Positions 20,268 through 31,760 of a stretch of 64,000 bases of DNA are shown in pieces (within the stretch, counting starts at the first letter, position 1; each line of letters starts with the position of its first letter). The stretch covers positions 320,001 through 384,000 of the forward strand of contig CAWCMR010000008.1 in assembly GCA_963796685.1 (NCBI GenBank), in the 5' to 3' direction. The notes beneath the pieces are model-generated. The model made no database searches. It was not told where the DNA came from and was given only the letters and a program-made list of their open reading frames with translations. Made by a program: the position numbers and the translations under genes. This DNA is from an uncultured delta proteobacterium. GTDB lineage: Bacteria; Myxococcota_A; Polyangia; Fen-1088.

Positions 20268-21779
20268 ATGTCCATGGAGATCAAACAGCACCTGAAGCTT
20301 TCGCAGCAGCTCGTCATGACGCCGCAGCTGCAGCAGGCGATCAAGCTGCTGCAACTCTCGCGCGTCGAGCTTGTAGACATGGTGCGTGATGAGCTCCTCG
20401 AGAACCCGGTTCTCGAGGATTCGATCGACGTCGCGGCGGAGCAAGCCAAGCCCGGTAGCACCGAAGAGCAAGGCGTTGGGGCGGTTCGGGAGGCCGAAAC
20501 CGAGCGCATCGGCGAAACCGAAACCCCGGTGGCACAGATTTCCAGCGACAAGGCCGACTCCACGTCCGAGGTCAAGGCCGACTCCCGCTCGGATGAGGCC
20601 GTGGCCGATTTCGACTGGGACACCTACCTCGAAAACCAGTCCAACGCAGCCCCGATGCCATCGTTCCGGGCCAACTCGGAGGAGATGCCTTCCATCGAGG
20701 CGACGCTGACGCGTGGCACCTCGCTGTTCGACCACCTGGAGTGGCAGCTCAAGCTGACGCGTGGCTTTTCCAAGGAAGAAGAAGGGGTCGCCCTGCTCAT
20801 CATCGGCAACCTGACCCCTGACGGGTACGTCGACGTGCCCTTGGAGGAATTGGCCGAGGAGGCGAGCGTCGACGTCTCGTTCGTGGAGAAGGTGCTCGCG
20901 CGCGTGCAGGAATTCGACCCGCCCGGGGTGGCCGCGCGCGACCTGCAAGAATGCCTTCTCATCCAGGCGCGCCACGTGGGAGCCGACGACGATCTGGTCA
21001 TCGGCATCATCAGCAAGCACCTGCACAACCTGGAGAAACGCAACTACGCCGCCATCGCCAAGGATCTCAACCAGCCGCTCGAAGAGGTCTACGAGGCGAC
21101 CAAGGTGGTCCTGGCCTTCGATCCCAAGCCGGGACGCGCCTACTCCGACGAGGAATCGAACTACATCACGCCCGACGTCCACATCCAGAAGGTGGGCGAC
21201 AAATACTTCGTGGTGGCCAACGACGACGGTCTGCCCAAGTTGAAGATCTCCGACTTCTACCGGGTCGCCCTGTCGAAAGGCCCCAAGGCGCGCGAGTACA
21301 TCCAGGAGCGCCTGCGTAGCGCCCAGTGGCTCATCCGATCCATCCAGCAGCGCCAGCGCACCATCGTGCGCGTGACCGAATCGATCCTGCGCTTTCAGCG
21401 TGAGTTCTTCGAGAAGGGCTCGGCCTATCTCAAGCCCCTCATTCTGCGCGACGTGGCCGACGACATCGGCATGCACGAATCGACGGTGTCGCGCGTGACC
21501 ACCAACAAGTATGTTCACACCCCGCAGGGGATTTTCGAGCTGAAGTACTTCTTCAACTCGGGTATCACCCGCAGCGATGGCGACGACCTGGCCTCCGAGG
21601 CGGTCAAGCTCAAGATCAAACAAATCGTCGCCAACGAAGACCCCAAGCATCCGCATTCCGACCAACGAATCGTCGAGCTGCTTCTTGAACAGAACATCGA
21701 GATAGCCCGACGAACCGTGGCCAAGTACCGAGAGCAATTGCGGATTCAACCCAGCAGCAAACGCAAGCAAGTGTTCTAG
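20268..21779 (+). CDS. rpoN: RNA polymerase sigma-54 factor
   Basis: N-terminal QQLVMTPQLQQAIKLLQL, HESTVSR and the RpoN box ARRTVAKYRE. Confidence 0.98.
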   Translation: MSMEIKQHLKLSQQLVMTPQLQQAIKLLQLSRVELVDMVRDELLENPVLEDSIDVAAEQAKPGSTEEQGVGAVREAETERIGETETPVAQISSDKADSTSEVKADSRSDEAVADFDWDTYLENQSNAAPMPSFRANSEEMPSIEATLTRGTSLFDHLEWQLKLTRGFSKEEEGVALLIIGNLTPDGYVDVPLEELAEEASVDVSFVEKVLARVQEFDPPGVAARDLQECLLIQARHVGADDDLVIGIISKHLHNLEKRNYAAIAKDLNQPLEEVYEATKVVLAFDPKPGRAYSDEESNYITPDVHIQKVGDKYFVVANDDGLPKLKISDFYRVALSKGPKAREYIQERLRSAQWLIRSIQQRQRTIVRVTESILRFQREFFEKGSAYLKPLILRDVADDIGMHESTVSRVTTNKYVHTPQGIFELKYFFNSGITRSDGDDLASEAVKLKIKQIVANEDPKHPHSDQRIVELLLEQNIEIARRTVAKYREQLRIQPSSKRKQVF

Positions 21780-21822
21780 CCGACCCCGTCCTCTCTTCAC
21801 AACGTCCCTGGAGGCCCATTCG

Positions 21823-22419
21823 ATGCAGCTTTCAACCACCTTCCGCCATATGGAAGCTTCCCCCGCCGTCAAAGACTACGCCGAGGAACGCCTGGAGAAG
21901 ATCAAGAAGTACTTCAGTCGCGATCCCATCGCCGCGCATGGGACGTTTTCCGTCGAGCGCAATCACAACCACACCGCCGAGTTCTCGCTGACCCTGCCCA
22001 ACGGCATCGCCATCCAGGCGCGCGAAACGACGGAGGACATGTACTCGTCCATCGATCTGTCGGTGGCGCGCATCGAGCGCCAGGTGCGCAAGTGGAAGGA
22101 GAAGATCCGCACCCACAAGCCGCACGGCGGGCCACGCCTGCAGGTTCGTCAGACGGTTCTCGCCGCGGAGAACCTCGAGCCACAGCCTGGCGCCGCACCC
22201 GATGCCAAACCCGCGATGGGGGAGATCCCGGTCATCCGCGACGCCACCGAAGACGTGCGCACCCTGCACGTGCGCGACGCCGCCATGCAGCTCAACCTGG
22301 TCGAGCGAGACGTGTTGGTGTTCGTGGACGCGGAGAAGAGCTCCATCTCGGTCATCTACCGGCGCAAGGACGGCAACTACGGCCTCATCGAGACCGGCGT
22401 GGTCGCACCCACCGGTTAG
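21823..22419 (+). CDS. hpf: Ribosome hibernation promoting factor (long HPF/RaiA)
   Basis: TFRHMEASPAVKDYAEERLEK, DMYSSID and C-terminal VIYRRKDGNYGLIE. Confidence 0.95.
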   Translation: MQLSTTFRHMEASPAVKDYAEERLEKIKKYFSRDPIAAHGTFSVERNHNHTAEFSLTLPNGIAIQARETTEDMYSSIDLSVARIERQVRKWKEKIRTHKPHGGPRLQVRQTVLAAENLEPQPGAAPDAKPAMGEIPVIRDATEDVRTLHVRDAAMQLNLVERDVLVFVDAEKSSISVIYRRKDGNYGLIETGVVAPTG

Positions 22420-22450
22420 CCCCAGGGTTGAAGCAGCACAAGGTCATGCC

Positions 22451-22930
22451 ATGAAGGTGGTCGATTTTCTTGCTCCCGACGCCATCATCCCCGCCCTGGC
22501 GGGCGCGACCAAGGGCGAGGTATTGGCGGAAATGGCGGCCTTTCTCTGCGCGCGCCAGACGGCCCTCATCGGCCAAAACGCGCTCGAGGCGCAAGGGCTC
22601 TGCCGCGTGCTCGAGGAACGCGAGCTCTTGGCCTCGACCGCCATCGGCGATGGCATCGCGATCCCGCATGGAAAGGTCGATACCATCGATCGCTTGGTGG
22701 GCGTGCTTGGACGATCGGTGCCGGGGCTTGCCTTCGACTCCATCGATGGCAAGCCAACCCACATCGTGTTCATGCTGGTGGCGCCGTCGAGCTCGGCCGG
22801 GGCGCACCTCAAGGCCCTGGCGCGCCTCTCGCGTCTGTTTCGCGACGCCGGTTTCCGGCATCGTCTACTCGACGCCCCCGACGGCCCCAGCATGTACCAA
22901 ATCATCGCCGAGGAGGATGGCAAGTATTGA
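22451..22930 (+). CDS. ptsN: PTS IIA(Ntr)-like protein
   Basis: ERELLASTAIGDGIAIPHGK, FDSIDGKP and HLKALARLSR; ATG at 22451. Confidence 0.92.
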   Translation: MKVVDFLAPDAIIPALAGATKGEVLAEMAAFLCARQTALIGQNALEAQGLCRVLEERELLASTAIGDGIAIPHGKVDTIDRLVGVLGRSVPGLAFDSIDGKPTHIVFMLVAPSSSAGAHLKALARLSRLFRDAGFRHRLLDAPDGPSMYQIIAEEDGKY

Positions 22931-23907
22931 GTGACCACGGTGGACTGGCGACAACCCTCACGGTTCGTTCCCTGTTGAGCGAGGCCGCGGCCCTGAGGCT
23001 TGTCCTCCTGGCGGGCGAATCGGGCCTCGGCCGCCGTGTCACGTTCCACCGCGTACAAAAACCCGGCCTGGCCCTCGCGGGTTTCGTTCGCCAGGTCCAA
23101 CCCGAGCGCGTTCAGATCCTGGGCGCCACCGAGCTCGCGTACCTGGCCAGTCTGCCTGTCGAGGAGGCCCGCCACGGCATCGAAACCTTCATGGCGCTCG
23201 AACCGGCCTGCATCGTGGTGACCAAGGGGCTCGACGTTCCCTCGGAGCTGTTCGAGGCCGCCGACCGCCTGGGCGTGCCGCTCTTGCGAACTCCCCTGCG
23301 CTCGTCGGTCGCCATCCAGTCGATTCAGAACTACATCGAGCGCGAGCTCGCGCCCACCGCCAGCATCCACGGCGTGCTCATGGACGTGCTCGGGGTCGGC
23401 ATCCTTCTGCTCGGCAAGAGCGGCATCGGAAAGTCCGAGGCCGCCCTCGAGCTCGTCATGCGCGGTCACCGCATGGTTGCCGACGATCTGGTCGAGGTCC
23501 GCCGCAGCGCTCACGACTTGCTGGTGGGCTGGTCGGCCGAGCTCATCAAGCATCACATGGAGGTGCGCGGGATCGGCATCATCAACATCAAGGACATGTT
23601 CGGCGTGGCCTCGGTGCGCGACGAGAAGCGCATCGAGCTCGTCATGGAACTGGTGCGCTGGGAGGAATCGGAAGCCGCGGATCGCGTGGGTCTCGACGAC
23701 CAGACGTATCCCATCCTCGACGTGCCGGTGCCCATGTTGCGCATCCCGGTCAGCCCCGGCCGCAACGTCAGCTCGCTGGTCGAGGTGGCCGCGCGCAACC
23801 GGCTGCTCCAGGTGCGCGGCCACCACGCCGCCCGCGAGTTTCAGGAACGCCTGGACCAAGCCCTGGCCGAGGCCAGACAGCGCCGCTTCCGCGGTGACGT
23901 GGAGTAG
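22927..23907 (+). CDS. hprK: HPr kinase/phosphorylase
   Basis: IHGVLMDVLGVGILLLGKSGIGKSEAALEL..RGHRMVADD, MEVRGIGII and PGRN. Confidence 0.97.
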   Translation: MSDHGGLATTLTVRSLLSEAAALRLVLLAGESGLGRRVTFHRVQKPGLALAGFVRQVQPERVQILGATELAYLASLPVEEARHGIETFMALEPACIVVTKGLDVPSELFEAADRLGVPLLRTPLRSSVAIQSIQNYIERELAPTASIHGVLMDVLGVGILLLGKSGIGKSEAALELVMRGHRMVADDLVEVRRSAHDLLVGWSAELIKHHMEVRGIGIINIKDMFGVASVRDEKRIELVMELVRWEESEAADRVGLDDQTYPILDVPVPMLRIPVSPGRNVSSLVEVAARNRLLQVRGHHAAREFQERLDQALAEARQRRFRGDVE

Positions 23908-23909
23908 CC

Positions 23910-24779
23910 ATGAAGCTGGTCGTGATCACGGGCGTTTCCGGGGCGGGCAAGACCACGGTCAAGAGCGCGCTGGAGGATCTCGGCTTTTACTGCGTGGACA
24001 ACCTACCCATCGCGCTTCTGCCCAAGTTCATCGAGCTTTTGGCCGGCCGCGACGAGGTCACGCGGGCCGGACTGGTGGTGGATGCGCGCAGCGGCGATTT
24101 TCTCACCGACACCTCGCGCGTGCTCTCCGACCTGCGGGCAGCAGGACATTCCATCGATGTCCTCTTCCTCGACGCGCCAAGCGAAATCATTCTGCGGCGG
24201 TTCTCCGAGACGCGCCGCCGTCACCCCTTGCTCGGCAAGGACATCCGGTCGGACATCGAGGCCGAACGCACCCGCCTTGCGGCCTTACGCGCCGAGGCCA
24301 CCGCGGTCATCGACACCGGCGAGCTCAACGTGCATAGCCTGCGCGCCATCGTGCTCGGCCGCTACGGCCGCGCCGAGGGCAACCTGGCCGTCACGGTCAT
24401 GTCCTTCGGGTTCAAGTACGGCCTGCCAACCGAGGCCGATATCGTGCTCGACGTCCGCTTCCTGCCCAACCCCTTCTTCGTCAGCACCCTGTCGGCCCTG
24501 TCGGGCGAGGCCGAGGCCGTGCGCGCGTATGTCATGGAAAGCCAGGAGACCAAGCTCTTCCTGGAAAAGGCCGAGGAATTGCTCACCCTGTGCGTGGCGG
24601 CCTTCGAGCGCGAGGGCAAGACGTACGCCACCATCGCCATCGGATGCACCGGCGGGCGGCACCGCTCGGTGGTCATCGCCAATGAGCTCGGCCAGCGGCT
24701 GGGTGCCTTCCAGGTCGAGGTTAAACACCGTGACATCCTGCGCGGACGAACCATGCCGGGAATCGAGGTCCAGAAGTGA
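23910..24779 (+). CDS. rapZ: RNase adapter RapZ
   Basis: ITGVSGAGKT...EDLGFYCVDNLP, SFGFKYG, DVRFLPNP and GCTGGRHRSV. Confidence 0.97.
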   Translation: MKLVVITGVSGAGKTTVKSALEDLGFYCVDNLPIALLPKFIELLAGRDEVTRAGLVVDARSGDFLTDTSRVLSDLRAAGHSIDVLFLDAPSEIILRRFSETRRRHPLLGKDIRSDIEAERTRLAALRAEATAVIDTGELNVHSLRAIVLGRYGRAEGNLAVTVMSFGFKYGLPTEADIVLDVRFLPNPFFVSTLSALSGEAEAVRAYVMESQETKLFLEKAEELLTLCVAAFEREGKTYATIAIGCTGGRHRSVVIANELGQRLGAFQVEVKHRDILRGRTMPGIEVQK

Positions 24780-24874
24780 ATTCCCACAAGCGAAGAACCT
24801 CGCTATCGCTATATCGGTTGAAAGATGTAATCTATCCGAGGCACCGATCCTCGAGCGCGGGCGGTTGAAATACG

Positions 24875-25333
24875 ATGGCTTCCACAGGGAATAGGACGAT
24901 TGAACCTATGGTGGGCGTTGTCGTCGTCTCCCACGAGCAGGTTGCCTTTGCGCTAATCGAGGCCGCGCGGCGTGTAGTGGGAACCATCCCCAACATCGCT
25001 GCCGCCTGCGTCTCCGCGGGCGAGGACAGCGCCTCGATCATGCACAAGGTGGCGCAGGCGTGCGGCCAAGTGGACGACGGGGCCGGTGTGCTCTTGCTCG
25101 TGGATGTCTTCGGTTCAACGCCCTTCAACGTGTCCATGACCATGGCCGACGGTACCCGTGCGGCCGAGGTGGTGTGCGGCGTGAACCTGCCCATGCTGCT
25201 CAAGCTGGCCACGCTCGACCGGTGCAAGCTGTCACCGGCGATGTTGGCCATGGAGATGCAGGAGTGCGGCAGGCGTTCCATTCGCATCGGATCCGAATTG
25301 ACCGGCAAAGTGACCGTAGCGGGGAAGCTCTGA
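24875..25333 (+). CDS. PTS IIA mannose/fructose-type component
   Basis: VGVVVVSH, GVLLLVDVFGSTPFN and GVNLPMLLK; start may be 24908. Confidence 0.9.
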   Translation: MASTGNRTIEPMVGVVVVSHEQVAFALIEAARRVVGTIPNIAAACVSAGEDSASIMHKVAQACGQVDDGAGVLLLVDVFGSTPFNVSMTMADGTRAAEVVCGVNLPMLLKLATLDRCKLSPAMLAMEMQECGRRSIRIGSELTGKVTVAGKL

Positions 25334-25334
25334 C

Positions 25335-25634
25335 GTGGCAGAGTCCGAACAGCTCGTCGCACGCCAAGAACGAAGAATACGCAATCGCGCCGGAATGCAC
25401 GCGAGAGCGGCGGTAAAGTTCGTCCAGCTCGCCGCCCACTTCAAGTCCGAGATCAGGGTCATCAAGGACGGCAACAGCGTCAACGGCAAGAGCATCATGG
25501 GCCTTTTGACCCTGGTGGCCGCTTGCGGGCTAAGCATCGTCGTCGAGGCCGAAGGCCCGGACGCCGAGGACGCGGTGGCGGCCCTGGGAGCGCTGGTCGA
25601 CAACGGCTTCGGCGAGGGCGTGGTCGATGATTAG
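25335..25634 (+). CDS. ptsH: Phosphocarrier protein HPr
   Basis: NRAGMHARAA (His15) and NGKSIMGLLTL (Ser46). Confidence 0.95.
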   Translation: MAESEQLVARQERRIRNRAGMHARAAVKFVQLAAHFKSEIRVIKDGNSVNGKSIMGLLTLVAACGLSIVVEAEGPDAEDAVAALGALVDNGFGEGVVDD

Positions 25635-27378
25635 GTTGGCCGGTGTGGGCGCATCGCCCGGCATCGCCATGGGCGTGGCGCACTTCCTCGGCGGTCGTGT
25701 CGAGGTGCAGGAACGACGCATCTTCACCGACGAGGTCGACCAGGAGCTGCGCCGCTTCGAGGACGCGCTGGCGCGCAGCGACGCCCAGCTTCGCCGTATC
25801 CAGCAGCAGATCGCCGAGCAGGTGGGCGACGGCCAGGAATACCGGATCCTCGAAGCGCACCGCATGATGCTGGCCGACGTCCACCTCGTGGAGGAGACCA
25901 GCAAGATCATTCGCAACGACCAGGTTTCGGCAGAATGGGCCCTGCGCCGCGCGCTGGACCAGATCCAGGTCGTCTTCGCCAGCATCGAGGATCCCTACTT
26001 CCGCGAGCGCCGCAGCGACATCGACATGATCGGCGAGCGCATCCTGCGCAACCTGCTCGGCATGACCCCGCCCGGACACGAAGGCGTGCCCAAGGGCGCC
26101 GTGGTCTTCGCCCACGATCTGTCCCCGGCGGACATCACGCAGCTCGGCCGGGCAGGCGTCAGCGGGTTCTTCACCGAAGGCGGGGGCAAGACCTCGCACG
26201 CGGCTTTGGTCGCACGTGCCCTCGGTCTGCCGCTCGTGGCTGGGGTCCAGGATTTCATCAAACACATCCGCACCGGCATGACCGTCATCGTCGACGGCGG
26301 ACGCGGCGAGGTGATTCTGGAACCCGATTTCGGTATCCAAGAGCGCTTCGCGGATCGAGCGGCGCGGGATCTCGTGCAAGCCGAGCGCCTGGCCAAGGCG
26401 CGCGAGGCGCCCGCGACCACGCTCGACAACGTCCGCGTGCAGCTCGCGGCCAACGTCGAATTGCTCGAAGAGATCCCGGTTTCCGTCGAGCTCGGCGCCG
26501 ACGCCGTGGGCCTGTTCCGTACCGAGTTCCTCTATCTCGAACGCTCGACCCTGCCCACCGAGGAAGAGCAATACCAGCACGCGGTGGCCGCGCTCAAAGC
26601 CATGGAAGGGCGCAGCGTGATCTTCCGAACCCTGGACCTGGGTGGTGACAAGTTGCCCATGTCGGTGCGTATTCCCGCGGGCAACAACCCGGCCCTCGGC
26701 CTGCGCTCGATCCGCTATTCCCTGTGGCGCCGCGATCTCTTCCGCTCGCAGCTGCGCGCCTTCTATCGGGCGGCAGCGGTGGGACCGTTGCGCATCATGT
26801 TTCCCCTCATCTCCGGCGTGGCCGAGTGGCGCGTCGTGCGCGAGGTCTGCGCCGACGTGTGCGACGAGCTGGCCAGGGAAGGATTGGAGCACGATCGCCA
26901 CGTCCCGCTCGGTGCCATGGTCGAGACCCCGAGCGCAGCCATCATCGCCGACTTCCTCTCGGATGAAAGCGAGTTCCTGTCCATCGGCACCAACGACCTC
27001 ATCCAATACTCCCTGGCCGCCGATCGCCAGGATGAACATGTCGGCTACCTCTACCACCCTCTCCATCCGGCCATCTTGCGTTCCATCCGGACCGTGGTGG
27101 TGGCCGCGAACAAATGCGGCAAGCCCGTCGCCATGTGCGGCGACATGGCCGGGGATCCGCGATTCACGTGGGTGCTGCTTGGGCTCGGCTTGCGCTCGCT
27201 GTCCATGGCGCCGCGCCAGATCCCGATGGTCAAGTCCATCATCCGCTCGACGCGTCTTGGCGAGGCGCAGAAGCTGACCGAGGAAATCATGGCCCTGCGA
27301 ACCGAGGACGAGATCGAAGATGCTGTGAATCGCACGATGCGGCAGCGGTTCCCGCTGGAATTCAGCGAAGAAGCGTAG
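25627..27378 (+). CDS. ptsI: PEP-protein phosphotransferase (enzyme I)
   Basis: GGKTSHAAL, GLFRTEFLY, RTLDLGGDK, SIGTNDLIQY and MCGDMAG. Confidence 0.97.
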   Translation: MIRLAGVGASPGIAMGVAHFLGGRVEVQERRIFTDEVDQELRRFEDALARSDAQLRRIQQQIAEQVGDGQEYRILEAHRMMLADVHLVEETSKIIRNDQVSAEWALRRALDQIQVVFASIEDPYFRERRSDIDMIGERILRNLLGMTPPGHEGVPKGAVVFAHDLSPADITQLGRAGVSGFFTEGGGKTSHAALVARALGLPLVAGVQDFIKHIRTGMTVIVDGGRGEVILEPDFGIQERFADRAARDLVQAERLAKAREAPATTLDNVRVQLAANVELLEEIPVSVELGADAVGLFRTEFLYLERSTLPTEEEQYQHAVAALKAMEGRSVIFRTLDLGGDKLPMSVRIPAGNNPALGLRSIRYSLWRRDLFRSQLRAFYRAAAVGPLRIMFPLISGVAEWRVVREVCADVCDELAREGLEHDRHVPLGAMVETPSAAIIADFLSDESEFLSIGTNDLIQYSLAADRQDEHVGYLYHPLHPAILRSIRTVVVAANKCGKPVAMCGDMAGDPRFTWVLLGLGLRSLSMAPRQIPMVKSIIRSTRLGEAQKLTEEIMALRTEDEIEDAVNRTMRQRFPLEFSEEA

Positions 27379-27653
27379 GAGTCGGGCCACTTCGCCGTTC
27401 CTGGATGGGCGAGGCGAAGCCCACCACGCAGGTACCGCCACGAAGCCTGTCCATTGTGACATGGTTCATCATTCGGGCGCAACCCCGGGCGCAACCGCCC
27501 GCAGACGGAAGCGCGTCTGCGGAATTTGCCGATTCGCGGAAAGATTGTGTTCATCGCGCTGACGATTCGCGAAGCCTCCATGCCCTTATATGTGGAAGTT
27601 TGGATCCGTTTCGCCTACAGCCTCCCCCCCTCTACAACCGTAGGAACAACAAC

Positions 27654-30600
27654 ATGCGTAGAATCAACATCCTTGTCCTTGCGCTCCTGGTAGGAACCCT
27701 CGTCGCGTGTGGAGGTCGCAGCGCCCTCAAGGTCACGTACGACGGTGGAGACGCCGGCGACAGTCTCAACCCCGGCGACGTCAAATCGGACGCCCGGAGC
27801 GATGGCAAGCTCGACAGTCTCGGCACATTCGGCGACGCCCCAGCGGATTTGCTCGCGCGCGACGCCGCGCCCGACGGAGCGACGGAGAGCGACTCCGCGC
27901 GGAGCGACCTCGCGCCCGACGCCTCTCGAACCGATGCGCCCATCGCTGCGGACACGCGCGATGCAGGCGTGCGCGATGGCAGCGTGAGCGACGGCACGAG
28001 CACGGACGGCGGCGTCGATGCTGCCCCAGTCCTGGCCAGCATCGAAGTCACTCCGCCCAGTCCAACCATTGCGGTCGGAATTCCCTACACCGGCCTCGTG
28101 GTCACGGCCCTCATGTCCGATGGCACGACCTCGGATGTGACCGCGTCCTCGACCTACGCGTCCAGCGACACGACCGTGGTCCAAGTCTCGGGACACGCCC
28201 TGAGCGGCCTCAAGGCCGGCTCTGCCACCTTGACCGCAACCTACCAAGGAAAGACCGCCACGGCGAAAGTCACGGTCACGGCTTCGCCCTTGCAAAGCAT
28301 TTCCATCGACGGCGTGGCTCCGGTTTCGGTCGGGCAATCCATCCTCATCACCGCCACCGGCATCTTTGCCGACGGGACAAAACAAGACGTCACGGCGCAG
28401 GCAACATGGACGTCGGGGGACACCACGCTTGCCGCGGTCGCCCTCGACGCCGCCAGCTCGAAGGAGAAGGTCACCGGCATCAAGGCTGGTACGCTGTCCG
28501 TTGTCGCTGTTCTTTCCGGAGTCACGGGCAAGGCCTCGATCACCGTGACCGCGGCGACCTTGACCGCCATCAATGTCACGCCAGCACAAGCCATCATCCA
28601 GCGAGGCGTCTCGCAGCAGTTCCAGGCCACGGGCACCTATTCCGATGGAACGACCGGCGACGTGACCGCGCAGGCGACCTGGGCATCGAGCAACACGACC
28701 GTCGCAACCGTCACGGCGAGCAGCACCGGCGTGGTGGTGCATGCGGTTGCCGCCGGGGGCACGACGATTTCCGCCACCGTCGGAACCGTCGTGGGCTCGA
28801 CCTCGGTTACGGTGACCTCGCCGACTCTCCTGTCGATTGCGCTCTTGCCGGCAACGTGGTCGCCCAACGTGGGCGCTACGCAAAGCTTCACCGCGACCGG
28901 CTCCTATTCGGACAACACCACCGCGGACGTGACGCTTTCGGCGACCTGGTCATCGACCAATGCGACCGCGTTCTCGGTCTCGAACGCCGCCGGGCAAAAG
29001 GGACAAGCCACGGCCTTGGCGATTGGCACCGGACAGGTTCAAGCAGCGCTCTCGGGTGTGACCGCAAGCGCGACGGTGACGGTCTCGGCGTCGCCCCTCG
29101 CCAGTATCGCGGTCTCGCCGAACCCTCTCGCCCTGGTGCTTGGGCTCAATGGATCGCTGGTTGCGACCGGAACGTACCAGAATGGAACCACGCAGGATAT
29201 CACCACCCAGGTGGCGTGGGCGGTGACGGATCCGAGCGTCGCCAGCGTGTCCAACGCGGCGGCCACCGCGGGCCGCGTGTCGACCATCGCCGTGGGATCC
29301 ACAACCGTTACGGCAACTCTTGCGGGTATCAGCGGCAAGGGGACCATTACGATTTCCCAGGCCAAGCTAACGGCCATCACCGTGACCCCCGCCAGCGCCG
29401 ACGTCACGGCGGGAACCAAGCAGCCCTTCACCGCGACCGGCACGTACGACAACGGGGCTACTCCTGACGTCACGACGCAAGTAACCTGGTCGTCCAGCGA
29501 CATCACGGTGGCCCAGATCTCCAACGCCGCGGGCAGCAACGGAATCGCGACGTCCTTGGTCGCCGGCACGTCGACCATCAGCGCGAGCCTGACGGGCATC
29601 TCCGGCACCGCAACCCTGACCGTCGGGGCGCCGCTGTTGTCATCGATCATGATCGCGCCAACCGACGCAACCATCGAGGTCGGCAACACGCAAGCCTTCA
29701 CCGTGACCGCGGTCTACCAAAACGGCACGACCGCTCAGGTTGCCGGCACCTGGACCTCCTCTGACACGGCTGTGGCCACCATCGCCGCCACGGGCGGCGG
29801 CGGTGGACGTCGCGCAGTCGTGACGGGCGTGGCCGCAGGCACGACCAGCATCACGGTCACCTACCAGGGCCTGACCGACAGTGCCACCTTGACTGTCACT
29901 GCCGCGCCGACCCTGGTGGGACTGACGGTCACCCCGGCCTCCCCCGCAAGCATCCTCGTCGGCGCCACGCAGCAGTTCCAGGCCACCGCGGTGTTCAGCA
30001 ACGGCACCACCACCACGGTCACGGGTACCGCTAGCTGGACCACCTCCGATGGCAACATCGCCTCGGTTTCGAGCGGTGGCGGCGGGCCCGGGGGCGGTGG
30101 ACCGGGTGGCGGGGGTCGTGGATTGGCCACAGGCATCGGAGCCGGAACCGCCACCATCACGGCCACCTACAACGGCTTCACCGCATCCGCCTCCCTCACC
30201 GTGCGCAATCCGACCCCGACCGGGCTGCTGGTCACGCCGTCCGCAGCGTCGATCGTGGTCAACGGGACGCAGCAGTTCGTCGCCGTCGTCACCCTGGACG
30301 ATGGCACCACCCAGACGGTCACCAACGCTACCTCGTGGACCACATCCAACGGGGCCATGGCCAGTATCACCACGGGCGGCGGCGGTGGTCCGGGCGGTGG
30401 CGGCGGGCGAGGCCTCGCAACCGGCATCGCCGCAGGCACCGTCACCGTCACGGCGACCTATGGCGGGTTCACCGCGACCGCATCTCTCACCGTTTCCGCC
30501 GCGACGCCCACCGCGCTCGTGGTCACGCCTGCCGCGCCCTCCGTTCAGGTGGGTCTGACCCAGGCCTTCGTGGCCACGCTGATCTACAGCGACAACACCA

Positions 30601-31584
30601 CCGCTGTCGTCACCGCCCAAGCGAGCTGGAGCTCTTCGGACGCATCGGTGGCCACCATCACGAATGCGGGAGGCGGGCCAGGCGGCGGCGGCCGTGGGAC
30701 CGCCACCGCCATCGCCTCGGGCACGGCCACCATCACCGCGACTTATGGCGGTCTGTCGGGAACGGCCACGCTGACCGTCACGGATCCGCCCCTTGCCTAC
30801 GTCCAGGTGACGCCGACGAATCCGAGCATTCCGGTGCAAGCCTTCGCCCAACTCACCGCGACCGCGGTCTTCACCGACAACTCGACCCGCAACGTGACCG
30901 CCCTGGCAACCTGGAGCTCTTCCGACGCTTCCGTCGCGGTCGTGGCGAGCTCCGGCGGCACCATCGGACGCGCAACCGCGCTGGCCGAAGGCACCGCGAC
31001 CATCACGGCGACCTACCAGGGCTCGTCGGGCTCGACGGTGGTCACCGTCGCCGGCAGCGTGCAATCCATCGCCGTGACACCGGCCTCCCCGACCACCTCG
31101 CTCGGGCTCCCGGTCACATTCGTGGCCACCGCCATCCTCTCCAACAATGCCACGTTGGTCGTCACCAACAACGCTTCCTGGGTTACCTCGGATCCCACAG
31201 TCGCGACCGTGACGGCAGCAGGTGTGGCGACGCCGGTCAAGGCTGGTTCGGCCACCATCACGGCCACCTTCCTCGGCAAGTCCGGCACCAGCACCTTGAC
31301 CGTGAGTCCGGCCACGCTGTCCTCCATCGCCATTGTTCCCAATCCGCTCTCGCTGACGAGTGGCGGCAGCCAGCAGCTGAGCGCGACCGGAACCTACAGC
31401 GACGCCACGACTCGCGATTCTGACGACCGTGGCGACCTGGAATTCCTCCTCGCCCGCCGTCGCGGTGGTATCGAATGCCAACGGCTCCCATGGCTTGCTG
31501 ACCGCTGTCGGCAGCGGCTCTACCACGGTGACGGCCGCATTCCAGGGTGTCACCTCCGCGGCCGACACGGTGACCGTCCCCTGA
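27654..31584 (+). CDS. Large surface lipoprotein with ~13 tandem bacterial Ig-like (Big_2) repeats; +1 frameshift near 31419
   Basis: ATG 27654 and lipobox LVAC; repeated I.VTP...QF.ATG.YSDGT..DVT..ATW.SS units. Removing one T in cgcgattctgacg restores the last repeat, which ends at TGA 31584. Confidence 0.85.
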
Positions 31585-31760
31585 TCTTGCCTCCGAAGCC
31601 GGCCACTGTCCGAGGTTCTCTCCTCTCAGACGGTTGCCGGCCTCGGAGTTCTTTTGCCCTCCGAAGCCGGTGGCGGTCGACAAGCTCCTCCCTCCTACCG
31701 TTGCCGGCTTCGGACGGTCCTTTCCGCCCGCAAGTCTCTGCGTCCCACCAGGCTTGCTGC

